Origin: a virus
DNA length: 64,000 nt
UHGV virus genome: UHGV-0145886
Strand: one strand, 5' to 3'
Shown: one piece after another, positions 17,473-27,913 of the stretch
How positions within the stretch are numbered: the stretch's first letter is position 1
How the letters are laid out: each line of letters opens with the position of its first letter
Position numbers and translations under genes: made by a program
Notes under the pieces: model-generated
What the model saw: the letters and a program-made list of their open reading frames with translations, nothing else
Databases searched by the model: none
Told to the model about the DNA's origin: nothing

Positions 17473-19385
17473 TTGTTCACATCCTCCCATTCTCTCATTT
17501 TAAACTCTTCCTTTCGCGCGCGAGACCAAGTGCGGACGGGGGTATAGAAACCTGCGACACGAGTATACTCTGTCGCTACTGGTTCTCCACAGGCAGGACA
17601 TACGCTTCCATAGAATCCATGGTTGTGTTTACAGGCTTGAATTTTGGTATTGAAAGCAAAATAAGTAAGCCCCTGCGAAGCGATATAATTGGTCATATCC
17701 CAAGCCTGCTCGAAGGAATTAAAAGGCGCATCCAAATTTAGATGTGCAATCGAACCACCGTTGCAATAGCTGTCAAATAGCGCGGCAATTCGTATTCTTT
17801 CTTTCATCGTTGTCTTAATGCCAAGCGGAATAAACTGGTTGCCATACAGAGGCAAATCTTTGACCACCTTATCCGGGAACAGATACTGATCAGCCTGTTG
17901 TAATTTAGCGGCCGCTGACTCACCTGGAATTTGTTCGATAGAAATTTTATAATCTTTGTCCAGAACAAATTGTTCCTTCGTCATATTAATGACCTCAAAA
18001 ATCCTTCGTCCAAAATTATCTGCCTCTTCGGTATAGAAAGTATTATCCATTTCGTCGAGTCGGATATAACCAAAATGCTTCATTGTCTCATATATTCCAA
18101 TGATGCCAATGGTGTTGTATTGGCTTGCCATATCAATGAGTCCATCATCATAGTTTGGAAGAAGCCCTTTCTCACAGTCACGCTGGATAATATGACGCAC
18201 CGTATCAAGCACTCTAAGGTCAAGCTCGGTTCTGTCTCTAAGTCGGCACAAATAATCCTGCTCAGACTCCGACTCATAAGCAATGCGCGCGAGGTTAATG
18301 GTAGAAACCTTAACAGAGCCTACCCTTAGCGCAGTACCGCCAATCGATGAGAAGAAGCCAAGGTCGCGAATATTGCTTTTCAATCTGCAGCAGTTGGACA
18401 GCGAAGTAACTGAGTCACTTGTAAAGAGATTGGAGTCACTCCATTTCATATTATGTCGAACTGCCCATCGCGCAAACTCTTCGTCCTCAAAATGTCCATC
18501 TTTATAGATAAGTGAGATTGAAGAAACCGGATAGGTAAACATATTCTTTGCGCGAATATCTCCCATTTCGGTAAGGAACATCTTTTGAAATTCCATAATA
18601 TCATCCAGCTCATCAATCATAGGTTTTCCATCGGGAAACTCTTTTCCACCAAAAAGAGCAACCAAGTATGGCGTATCGAAGAAATTTACATTCGTAAATG
18701 CACTCTGTATGGAGTCGCGCACAGCCGGCTGATTGACAGCATAAATCAAGCGTTGAATATTCTGCCGCGCATACGTATCTGGAGACTTGGTATAATAATT
18801 ATTAGCTACGTCTCTTGACCAGAAATAATACATATACGGAATCAAATCTGGCAAACCACAGGCGCCGGAAGTTAAATTGCTTGTATAGCTTATAAACTCC
18901 TTAACAAAATCTACAAATGTAGTAAGGTGACGCGCAGGCTCGTAGTTGAAGTTATTTAGAAAGAATAACCCCTCTTTAGCGAGTCGTTCAAGTGTATATG
19001 CAAAACAGTATGGCTTAAACGTAGATGTATCAGCATCATGTAAATACAAGGCGCGAGACCACTCTGCATCTAACCAATCATTTGCACATTGGAAACCATA
19101 CTTTTTATTCAGTTCATAATAAATTTTATTAAATGCAAGAAGCTTTCTGTGCGACTTAGGCATCTCATTTAAGAGTGTCCTCATATCTTTATTGCCAACG
19201 TTGGCACTACCATCAATAGAAGCATCTGCCACAGTCTCTGTATCAATAAAGTTATTAATAAAGTCGGTAAAACTCAACTGCTTGTCACTAAAGCCATTTA
19301 GTTCCGCAAATTCTTCACCGTACTTCTCCTGCATTTTATTATACTGAGTAGTAAAATTCTTACTAAGTCTTACATTTATATTCAA
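17469..19385 (-). CDS. nrdD: Class III anaerobic ribonucleotide reductase, no ATP cone
   Basis: LYLHD, PYCFAY, SNCCRL, EQIPGES, NGGSIAH, C..H...CP.CG, glycyl loop YTRVAGFY; TTG start after GGAGG. Confidence 0.93.
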   Translation of the reverse strand: MNINVRLSKNFTTQYNKMQEKYGEEFAELNGFSDKQLSFTDFINNFIDTETVADASIDGSANVGNKDMRTLLNEMPKSHRKLLAFNKIYYELNKKYGFQCANDWLDAEWSRALYLHDADTSTFKPYCFAYTLERLAKEGLFFLNNFNYEPARHLTTFVDFVKEFISYTSNLTSGACGLPDLIPYMYYFWSRDVANNYYTKSPDTYARQNIQRLIYAVNQPAVRDSIQSAFTNVNFFDTPYLVALFGGKEFPDGKPMIDELDDIMEFQKMFLTEMGDIRAKNMFTYPVSSISLIYKDGHFEDEEFARWAVRHNMKWSDSNLFTSDSVTSLSNCCRLKSNIRDLGFFSSIGGTALRVGSVKVSTINLARIAYESESEQDYLCRLRDRTELDLRVLDTVRHIIQRDCEKGLLPNYDDGLIDMASQYNTIGIIGIYETMKHFGYIRLDEMDNTFYTEEADNFGRRIFEVINMTKEQFVLDKDYKISIEQIPGESAAAKLQQADQYLFPDKVVKDLPLYGNQFIPLGIKTTMKERIRIAALFDSYCNGGSIAHLNLDAPFNSFEQAWDMTNYIASQGLTYFAFNTKIQACKHNHGFYGSVCPACGEPVATEYTRVAGFYTPVRTWSRARKEEFKMREWEDVNK

Positions 19386-19594
19386 GCTTGTACCTCCTGC
19401 CGACTTACCCATTGAACGGCATTTCTAAAATCAAAAATTTCTCCGTCCACTTCAAGATTCGGCGCAGACCTAAACCCTTTCATAAGCATTGTGTCTAAAT
19501 CTTCACAAACTTCATAACTTAGGTTCTTAGACTGGAGCTTGCTTTCCAATATCTTACATTGCGGGCAGTGAGTCGTATATAGAATTATCTTCAA
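19382..19594 (-). CDS. Glutaredoxin/NrdH-like redoxin
   Basis: LYTTHCPQC...SAPNLEVDG. Confidence 0.85.
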   Translation of the reverse strand: MKIILYTTHCPQCKILESKLQSKNLSYEVCEDLDTMLMKGFRSAPNLEVDGEIFDFRNAVQWVSRQEVQA

Positions 19595-19794
19595 TTTTCG
19601 GGTGCCTCCTTATAACAATAAATACAATAACCGCCATCAAATTCATGATGACACTGCTTTTGAAGCTCTGCATTTTCTTTCAAAAGCTTCTGCACAGTAT
19701 TATTAAGAGTAAACTCGCTGGGACGAAAAAGACTTTCGATAATACGATTGTTTTGGTCTATTGTCTGTTTAATCTCGATTTGTGTCATTCTCAA
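19591..19794 (-). CDS. Small zinc-finger protein
   Basis: CHHEF..GYCIYC. Confidence 0.6.
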   Translation of the reverse strand: MRMTQIEIKQTIDQNNRIIESLFRPSEFTLNNTVQKLLKENAELQKQCHHEFDGGYCIYCYKEAPEN

Positions 19795-20911
19795 AGTTAC
19801 CTCCTTTTAGTGTGACTGACGTACAATCATAGAACAACTTAAATAGTTCATAATTATTTTCTCGAACGAAGTTAAAAACTTCAATAACATCTTGTTTTTT
19901 ATGAAGTCCCTCGGCTTGATACCAACCTTTCTCAATGCCATTAATCAATAAATAAAAAGGTCGATGTAAAAAGAACTCATTATCGTTTGTTCGAGGCTGT
20001 GTGGCATATATTTGCCATAAAGACATTAGTTTTTTCCAGTTCGGGTCGAGGAAAAAATCGTCGTCATAATAAAGTCGAATTTTTAACTTATGACTCCGCG
20101 AAAAGATGATTTGCTTAAAAATTCTTGGTAGTCCATTCGTTAAAAAATCATCCGTTGAATACCGTGCACCCGCGGAAATATTATAAATAAGCTGATAGGA
20201 AATGGAGGTTCCTCGAGTCCGCAGAACGAAATCGTGGAACACTTCGTCATCCATTATCCCATCATACTGTAAAGAATAAAATGCAGCAGTATTACGAAAA
20301 TCTGTCCAAGCTAAAAGGTCTTGACCGTCCTTTGCAAGAATTGGAAATTTTGAACCAACTCGCCGCCCCAAAGGTCTATCCGGCATATGGTCTAATAGAC
20401 TATTGATTACATCGCGCGCACCCTCTATTTCTCCAAGATTAGGGTCATGAAGAAATAGACAGTGGCTATTACGAAGCGGCGGCAATTGAGTGGCATATGC
20501 ACTCCAAATATTAGTACCATCAAGCGAGAGTCGTAGGTGAATTGCATTAGTCATTGTTTTAAAAGCTTGAGTATAGAAAGGGTTTTTACAAAACATTGGC
20601 GCAACTCGGCTATAAATACTCGTATCCGCACAACATCGTTCAATATCAGTATCCATTGGAACGTAACGTCCGCTTGAGTAAGCAAGCCCACCTGTAATTA
20701 AATTTGAATAAGATAAAGGATTTGGAATGAAAATACCATCATCATAGTCCTTTCGCAAAAAAGTAGTAGAATAACGGTCTTTTTGGATACTGGGCGTTAA
20801 AACTACTATTTCGTTCTTTCGCTTATAGTAAGTCGCCATTTTCATAAGCTCAAGATTAAAGGGAACATGAACATAGCGTCGAAAATCATCATCATATAAC
20901 GCTATGCTCAT
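19769..20911 (-). CDS. Degenerate radical-SAM-related protein (no CxxxCxxC)
   Basis: IALYD.D...FNLELMKMATYYK...GG...P..IE...D.S.Y and FLHDPNL resemble a phage radical SAM family; cysteine triad absent. Confidence 0.6.
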   Translation of the reverse strand: MSIALYDDDFRRYVHVPFNLELMKMATYYKRKNEIVVLTPSIQKDRYSTTFLRKDYDDGIFIPNPLSYSNLITGGLAYSSGRYVPMDTDIERCCADTSIYSRVAPMFCKNPFYTQAFKTMTNAIHLRLSLDGTNIWSAYATQLPPLRNSHCLFLHDPNLGEIEGARDVINSLLDHMPDRPLGRRVGSKFPILAKDGQDLLAWTDFRNTAAFYSLQYDGIMDDEVFHDFVLRTRGTSISYQLIYNISAGARYSTDDFLTNGLPRIFKQIIFSRSHKLKIRLYYDDDFFLDPNWKKLMSLWQIYATQPRTNDNEFFLHRPFYLLINGIEKGWYQAEGLHKKQDVIEVFNFVRENNYELFKLFYDCTSVTLKGGNFENDTNRD

Positions 20912-23900
20912 TCCTCTTCATCTCCTGCGCGCTCTCGCTTCAAAACTATGCTCCCATCGTCATTAATTATATCGATTTTTTCAACCAAGTGCCAGGGTGT
21001 ACGTGCGTACTTTTTAGCGATAAAGGCATCTCCACGACGGATACCACTTATGATAATTTTTGAGCCACGCGAAAACCAAGACTTCTCCAACACATGCTTC
21101 TTACCATCTTCTCCGCGCTCACTTATCTGCTTATCATAATGCGCGAACACGGGACCAAATACCTTAACTGTAACAACACCTGTAGTTGTCAAAAGAGTTA
21201 CTGAATGTTTATTCTTATCTCTATCCAAGACTGTGCCCGCGATGCGAGAAATTTTATACAGAGGAATATTCTTTCCTTTAATTGTAATTGTTTCAACCAC
21301 TTTTGGGTCTTCGGGCAGAGAGAAAAAGTCAGTACAGTAATATGGAGCAAGATTTATACCCTCAAGTTCGTGAGGATGAGAATAAAAACTGACACTATCC
21401 ATTTCCCATTTACTTAAACTACCCTTACAATATTTGTCCCACATATCGTTTTCAAGACGATTGTTGACTGCATTTAAGAGTTCTTCATTATGCTTTTTAA
21501 CATACGGTCTTACCTTATCCATATAGGAGTCATAAATGGATTTCCATGTGGTCTTTAATATGCCAAATCCAGATTCCGCGCGCGGGTCCTCTCTAAGTTT
21601 ATCCATATCAAAGTTTTTCTCATAGAATCCCAATGCGATATCATTCAAGAGATATATCTTTTTATCTTCATCGATAAGCTTTCTTAGGTATCCGTTATAA
21701 TTAAAAACTCTACGAACCATATCATACTCGTCTGGAATTAAACCAAAATCAATCAACATCCTCATATTTTGAAGCGTGATTCTTTTCTTTTTTCCCGCAA
21801 TTATACCAATATAATCGTGCATAATTTCTGTTCTGTCTCCAAAACAGTCTAATGCGCCCGCTTTAATTAAGTTTATAACTTGCGGCTTCTTCATTTTAAC
21901 ACGATTTAATAAATCTTCCAAGTTCTGATATGGACGATTTTTGATAATCTCACTTACAATATCCGCGCCAACTCTTGTTATACCTGTAAGACCATAACGA
22001 ATTTCTGAATATTCAACATCAGGAGAAAAAGTTAAAGTTGACTCATTAATGTCTGGCGGTACGATTGAAACACCCTCCGCACGCATCTTGCCAATCGCAG
22101 TTGCTACTTTACCATAGTTCGTGCTTTTGACCTTTTTCTTTTTCTTCTCTACTTTTTTTACAGCTTCTTCTTCGTCATCTTCCTCGTCATCATCGTCATC
22201 TTCCTCATCAACAAAACTATCTATTGACGAAGTGACAGTTTCCTCGCAACAAAATTCTAACTCTTCTTCATCTTCATCTTCTTCTCCATTCGTTCCACCC
22301 GCATCATTAATCAAACACGCACAGTCCCAGAGAATAACAGGATACTTAAATGCTAAGTTCATTTCTTGCAATGCAACAAGAGAGTATGATAGAGTATGAC
22401 TCAGATTAAATCCATACCCACGTGATGTAGCGACTAAGACTGACCAGACATAATTACAGAGATGCTCATCCAAACCCTTTTCTTTGGTGACAGAATAGTA
22501 TTCCTTCTCTAACGCCTCAAATTCTGCCGCCTTTTTTTTCGCAATCGACTTTCTGAGTCGATCTGCCCAGTTCAGATCAAAACCTCCGCATTCCGGAATC
22601 TGAACCAGTTCCATAAACAATTCCTGCGCCTCACAGATGCCGTAAGAATTTGACAAGATCTTCTTTAGCAACTCTTGATGTTCTTTCTTAACGCCATAAT
22701 GATCCATCTCATCATACCAAAGAGTTATGTCGTTTTTAAAACGTGCATATTTCGCCAGAGGAAGCTCAGCGCCTTTCTCCTGTGCCATCAATCGAATAAC
22801 CGAGTTCAAGTGCGCCAAGTCATCAACAGACTCGGGATGAGTTAATGCGATACCTTGAATACCGCTTTGCTGCTCCATTTGGAAAAGACTTAGGATGCGG
22901 TGCTCCCATATCATTTTCCACATCTCAGGATTATCACGCTCCAAATTATAAATGCCAACTACTTTTTCATATGTTTCTTTTAAAGTTGACTCCGGAGTTG
23001 CATATCCATACTCAATTAAGAGATCTAACTCATTGTGAATCTTATCCAAACCCTCGATAGACAATAGGTCGTATTTAATCAAACTTACTGACTCTGCATC
23101 ATGGAGGTCGTATGCTGTCACCAATGTATCATCAGGCGCGCGCATGAGCGCAGTATACTCAACCATTGGTTTATCTGTAAAGATAACTCCGCCGGCGTGC
23201 TGACCAAGACGATTAACCAATCCTTCAATACGAAGTGCAACTTCCCAAAGTTCAGGATAATTCTCCGTCATCTCATATACAAACTGCTTAACTGGCGCAA
23301 ATCCAGCTTCCTCGTCTCCATAGAAACACTGTCTTAAACTACGCGGCTGACCACGATCAACCGGAATAAGCGCGGCTATTGCTGATGCCGCATCTATATC
23401 AATACCAAGTCCGCGCGCAGCGGTAAGTATGGCAGATTTCGGCTTTTCTGTACCAAAGGTTGCGACATTTGTGACATAATCCTCACCATAAACCTGTCGA
23501 AGATATTGTAGCACCTTCTTACGTCGACTTCCCTCTATATCAATATCCACATCAAGGACACTAACACGGTCAGGATTCAAAAATCTCCACGATTTTGTTT
23601 GTACCGTCTCCCATAACGGGTTTATCTGTGTAATATCACACAAATACAACAAAATGAAACCAACGCCTGAACCACGGCCTGGTCCTACCAATGTTCCGGC
23701 ATCCCAGCAACAGTCAATTATCTTCTGTAAATTAAGATAATATGAACTCCAATGAGTCTTATTCTTAATTGAAGATGTCCATGTTTTTTCAAGACAGTCT
23801 TCTATCGCGTCATAAGTTTCCTTATTTTGAAGTCTTTCATCACTTTCAACTTTCTCAACAATACAGTCAATTAACTTGCGGTCGCCTATAAAGTCCGACT

Positions 23901-24932
23901 TCTCAAAAGTTTCAAAGTGAGGTATTGCCGCGCGCATTGCAGGTCTTAATATATTCTTCGGATTAAATTCTCTCCAAGATAGAATCGGAATCTCCAAAGG
24001 TTTTGTTAAGTCATAATCATAACAACTTTCTCTAATTGAAAGTATATTGTTGTATGCAGCCTCTAACTCTTCTTTCGTTAAATCAAGATGACTCTCAAGT
24101 TCTTCGGTGTCCATCATATAAGTCGTCAAATAAAAGCTTTTGACTTCTCTATCGCCATCCTGTGCATTAAGAAAAGCTTCGTGTATTGGAGCGTCCTCTT
24201 TCTTTAAATAATGACTATCCGTAGTAATAATATATGGTACACCCAAGCGCTCTCCCATCTCGATAAGCTTTCGATTAACATAAGTCTGCTCTATTGATTC
24301 TGAGGGTTGAAGTTCAAGATAGAAATTACCTTCGCCAAAAAGCCTGTGCAGTTGTATAACCCAGTTATCAATTCTCTCAAGAAGCTGGGTGTCATTTGGT
24401 GTACGAGACGCGCGCATAATCTGTGTCGGCAAGCATCCACCCAAACAGGCAGTGCTCGCAATTATATGACCGGGATTTGCCCCAATAACATCAAACAAAT
24501 CTGAATAATAAGTTGGAACTCGTCTCATCTTACCACGAGATATCCAACTTCTTTTCCAAGCTCTCGTCGAAAGCTCCCTCAACTGCGCATGACCAATTTC
24601 ATCTTTGGCAAGAAGAATAAAGTGATAATATCGATCCTGCCCTGAAATAAAATTATCTTTTGTCAAGCCATCTCGGCAAAGATAAATTTCATTACCTAAA
24701 ATTAACTTAAAATCAGGATTCTTCTCTTTAATCTTTCGATAATATTTCTGCGCTTTAATATGGCAACTCAACGCTTCATGATCAGTTATAGCCAAAACAG
24801 AATGTCCAAGCTCGATTGCATAATCGATTAGCTTGTCTTCTCGAATTATACAATCTCGAAGTCGAAGATTGCTATATTGTGTATGATTTTGCACTAATGT
24901 AAACTACCCGGATAGTTCAAAGTAGTTTTCAT
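20908..24932 (-). CDS. dnaE: DNA polymerase III alpha subunit (5' end interrupted by an 8-nt insert)
   Basis: PHP motifs (AITDHE, GNEIY, HFILLAKD, TTDSHY), GRGSG, RFLNPDR...DVDID, HAGG, KYDLL, YGFN.SH; RBS-led leader MKTTLNYPGSLH at 24932 is out of frame with the main ORF (GTG 24894). Confidence 0.93.
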
Positions 24933-24999
24933 TTAGCACCACCCCCTACCATTTTCTATATATATTATATCACTTATTCTATCAAAAGTCAAGTTAGAA

Positions 25000-25440
25000 T
25001 TAATAGCTATCATAAAAAATAACCTTAATGTCACTACCCTTTGCCATCTCTTGCAGAACAATCTCCAAACTACGAACCTGCTGCTCAAGAGTGGGGCGTA
25101 AGTCTTTATACTCCCAGTTGCTATTCGTCTGGTCATTATAATATTGCTCTGATATTGCACAATGATGAAGGAACCACTGAATTTCTTTGACATCATCGGT
25201 AGTGAGGTCGTAAGAGTATTTATCTTTCCTTTTGTCATCAGGATGATTTTTACGATAAACACTAAGTATAAAGGACTTTATACCATAACATCTTCCCCAA
25301 TAGGTAATGTCATACTCATATCCATATTCACCACTAACTTCTGTTGGCTCAATACTATTTCCAAATACTTTTTCTTGCACCCAACCAAAAACTTCACTAT
25401 GCTCTTTTGTTCTAACAACAATTCCATTCTCAAGTCCCAT
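25000..25440 (-). CDS. Hypothetical phage protein
   Basis: MGLENG...YW...FYDSY family pattern; GGAGG RBS. Confidence 0.7.
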   Translation of the reverse strand: MGLENGIVVRTKEHSEVFGWVQEKVFGNSIEPTEVSGEYGYEYDITYWGRCYGIKSFILSVYRKNHPDDKRKDKYSYDLTTDDVKEIQWFLHHCAISEQYYNDQTNSNWEYKDLRPTLEQQVRSLEIVLQEMAKGSDIKVIFYDSY

Positions 25441-25452
25441 TTTTATACCTCC

Positions 25453-26049
25453 TTACATTGCGCGGGCTTCATATCGAATTTTCCACGCTTCTATTATTTC
25501 GTCAAGAGTTCTTGGAGTATAATCCATCCAAGGCATCATACAACCAACGTTCATAAAATGACCTGTTGCGTAGCCGGGCGCATCATGAGAAATATCAACA
25601 ACTTCTTTTCGGAGTCCTTGAAGGTGATTCTCTTCTATCGTGTTATGAACATGGCCATAAAGCATCCAAAAATCCTCGTTATAAGCCGCACGATAGAAAG
25701 GCATGGGATAGTGACAAAGAATCACATGGCGACCATTATCTTTAATCTCAAGAAACTTTTCCTGTCCAATAAACCCACCAAGTCCACGAGTCTGTTTAGG
25801 AAGCTCTCTATCATGATTTCCCGTAATCAGAACTTTGCGTCCATTAAGTTCTGCGCCCATCTCAAGTGGGTTTACATTTTTCCAACAAAAATCTCCAAGT
25901 ATATACACGGTATCATTCTTACCAACTTTTTTATTCCATCGCTCCGTCATATCGTTCTTCATCATTTCCGTATTTGCAAACGGACGTTTGTCAAACCGTA
26001 TAATATTCTCGTGTCCAAAATGGGTGTCTGCAATATAGAAAATTGCCAT
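25453..26049 (-). CDS. Calcineurin-like metallophosphoesterase
   Basis: ADTHFGH, LGDF, GNHD, CHYP, GHVH, NVG. Confidence 0.92.
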   Translation of the reverse strand: MAIFYIADTHFGHENIIRFDKRPFANTEMMKNDMTERWNKKVGKNDTVYILGDFCWKNVNPLEMGAELNGRKVLITGNHDRELPKQTRGLGGFIGQEKFLEIKDNGRHVILCHYPMPFYRAAYNEDFWMLYGHVHNTIEENHLQGLRKEVVDISHDAPGYATGHFMNVGCMMPWMDYTPRTLDEIIEAWKIRYEARAM

Positions 26050-26120
26050 ATTATCTCCTTCTTTCTCTTTTCTTATATAAATATTATAACAAAAAAATTT
26101 TTAATTTGCAACTTTCAAAA

Positions 26121-26146
26121 GACCACTTGTCATATGACAAGTGGCC
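26121..26146 (-). terminator. Terminator hairpin after recJ
   Basis: GGCCACTTGTC-ATAT-GACAAGTGGTC then TTTT. Confidence 0.7.
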
Positions 26147-26152
26147 CTACTC

Positions 26153-27913
26153 TTAAAATGACAATCGCGCGTCATGAACTTCCGCTTCTTTTATTAAAAT
26201 TTGAGGAGTAACTATTCCACACCACTCATTGAGGTTAGGTTCACCTACCACTTCTATATCAAGCTCTGGGTATCGATTGAGCTTATCAATGAGTTCTTCC
26301 GCGCCATAAGTTTTCACATAAACAATTCCGTTCTTTGAGAAACGAACCGCATTGTGATTTTTACCCATAACTTGAACATCATTTCGATTTATAGTAATAT
26401 TATGGACATATATAAGTGGTGCCGGATTTCCTGTGCCCCAAATTGAGTCGTCTTTAGTTAAATCAGTAATTAATTCTGCCAAATCTGAATCAGTTGCAAA
26501 TCGAGAAAAGTTAATTGGGAAAAAAGCTTCGGTAAAATTATATTCACTTAGCTCCTTATTTGCAAGCTCATGAAGTTTTCGAAGATTCTTTTCTGGTATT
26601 GCACAACCCGCCGCGGACTCATGTCCTTGGACGAAATCAAACAATCCTGTATCATTTAGATAACTTCTAAAATTATTGAACTCACTATTACTAACGCCAC
26701 GAATACTACCTTTTATCATACCGTCATCATTAAGACGGGCTACTATGGTAGGATGTTTGTATTTCTCTGCAAGCTGAGTGGCAACCAGACCATTCAACAC
26801 AGGAGGAAATACATCTTCCTCATCCAAGCGCACGAACAAAATCTGATTCTCTAAAAGGTCGTACTTAAATATCTTGCTCTCGATGCGCGCGACTGCCAAT
26901 TCCTTATCTTTGTTCTGGTGGGTTCGCGCATTCACGCATTCACGAACACTTTCAACAGCGACTTCTTCTACTGTACCTTTTGCGCCCCTTTTATTACAAG
27001 GCACCATCTCATGTCCATTTATAAGTCCAAGGAAAAGACGAGTCTTTTCTGCCTGAGTACCAACTCGTATCATAGCATTTATTAATGGCACGATATAAAA
27101 AGCAACAGTAATTGGAGTCAGATGATTTTGAATTTCGCTCCATGAAGAAGCCATCTGCTTTGTTATTGAATAGGCTTGTTTAATTGCAATTGTTTTGAAG
27201 AAATAATTCTTAACATTAGACAATCCTTTAGTAATAATATAACGATTTTCCATATTCAATACAGAACCCATATCTCCAATTACACCAAGCGCCGCCAAAT
27301 CAATAAGTTCATCTGCAAAATTCGTATCGCAAACCTCATCATAACGCCGGCAGAACTGATATGCAACTCCCGCACCAGTTAAAGCCTTGTTACTATACTG
27401 CGGTGAAAGCTGATTGTTAATTATGACTGCATTATCACTAAATGGAGGGTCTGCTAAGTGGTGGTCTAAGACCAAGCAAGGTATTCCCAATTCGCCCAAC
27501 CGTTCATGATATTCATAATCGTTACTCGAGCTATCAGGAAGTATAACAAGTCCATAAGTTTTCTCTTGAGCAATTATCTTACCAATAATATCTTCCAATC
27601 CGTGCTGTTTACCCTCGTGGAGAATATATTCAATTTCAATCCCGGGTGCATGCTTTTTAATATATTGATAAATAATCGCTGCGGAGGTAAAACCATCACA
27701 ATCGCAGTCAACTACTAAAAGAATTGACTTATTTTCCAGTATTGTGTTTCGAAGCAACTTGACACCTTTATCTATAAACTCAAGATTTGATGGAGATTCA
27801 AGATGCTTCGCGGGCGGACAGAGAAACTCTTCAAAACTTTCAACGCCACGCGCAGCAAGTAAATTCCGAAGATAATCTTGAGTAAAATTTGGATTTTCTA
27901 ACTTAACTTTCAT
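26153..27913 (-). CDS. recJ: RecJ-like ssDNA exonuclease (DHH family)
   Basis: DCDCDG, LDHH, LTGAGV, DLAALG.IGD, P.INA..R, GSIRG, GHE.AAG. Confidence 0.9.
   Translation of the reverse strand: MKVKLENPNFTQDYLRNLLAARGVESFEEFLCPPAKHLESPSNLEFIDKGVKLLRNTILENKSILLVVDCDCDGFTSAAIIYQYIKKHAPGIEIEYILHEGKQHGLEDIIGKIIAQEKTYGLVILPDSSSNDYEYHERLGELGIPCLVLDHHLADPPFSDNAVIINNQLSPQYSNKALTGAGVAYQFCRRYDEVCDTNFADELIDLAALGVIGDMGSVLNMENRYIITKGLSNVKNYFFKTIAIKQAYSITKQMASSWSEIQNHLTPITVAFYIVPLINAMIRVGTQAEKTRLFLGLINGHEMVPCNKRGAKGTVEEVAVESVRECVNARTHQNKDKELAVARIESKIFKYDLLENQILFVRLDEEDVFPPVLNGLVATQLAEKYKHPTIVARLNDDGMIKGSIRGVSNSEFNNFRSYLNDTGLFDFVQGHESAAGCAIPEKNLRKLHELANKELSEYNFTEAFFPINFSRFATDSDLAELITDLTKDDSIWGTGNPAPLIYVHNITINRNDVQVMGKNHNAVRFSKNGIVYVKTYGAEELIDKLNRYPELDIEVVGEPNLNEWCGIVTPQILIKEAEVHDARLSF

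Noticed and set aside
25162..26211. 349-aa plus-strand ORF and the many other short overlapping ORFs in the track
   Set aside because: They are antisense or out-of-frame shadows of well-supported genes, with no RBS and no recognisable motifs.
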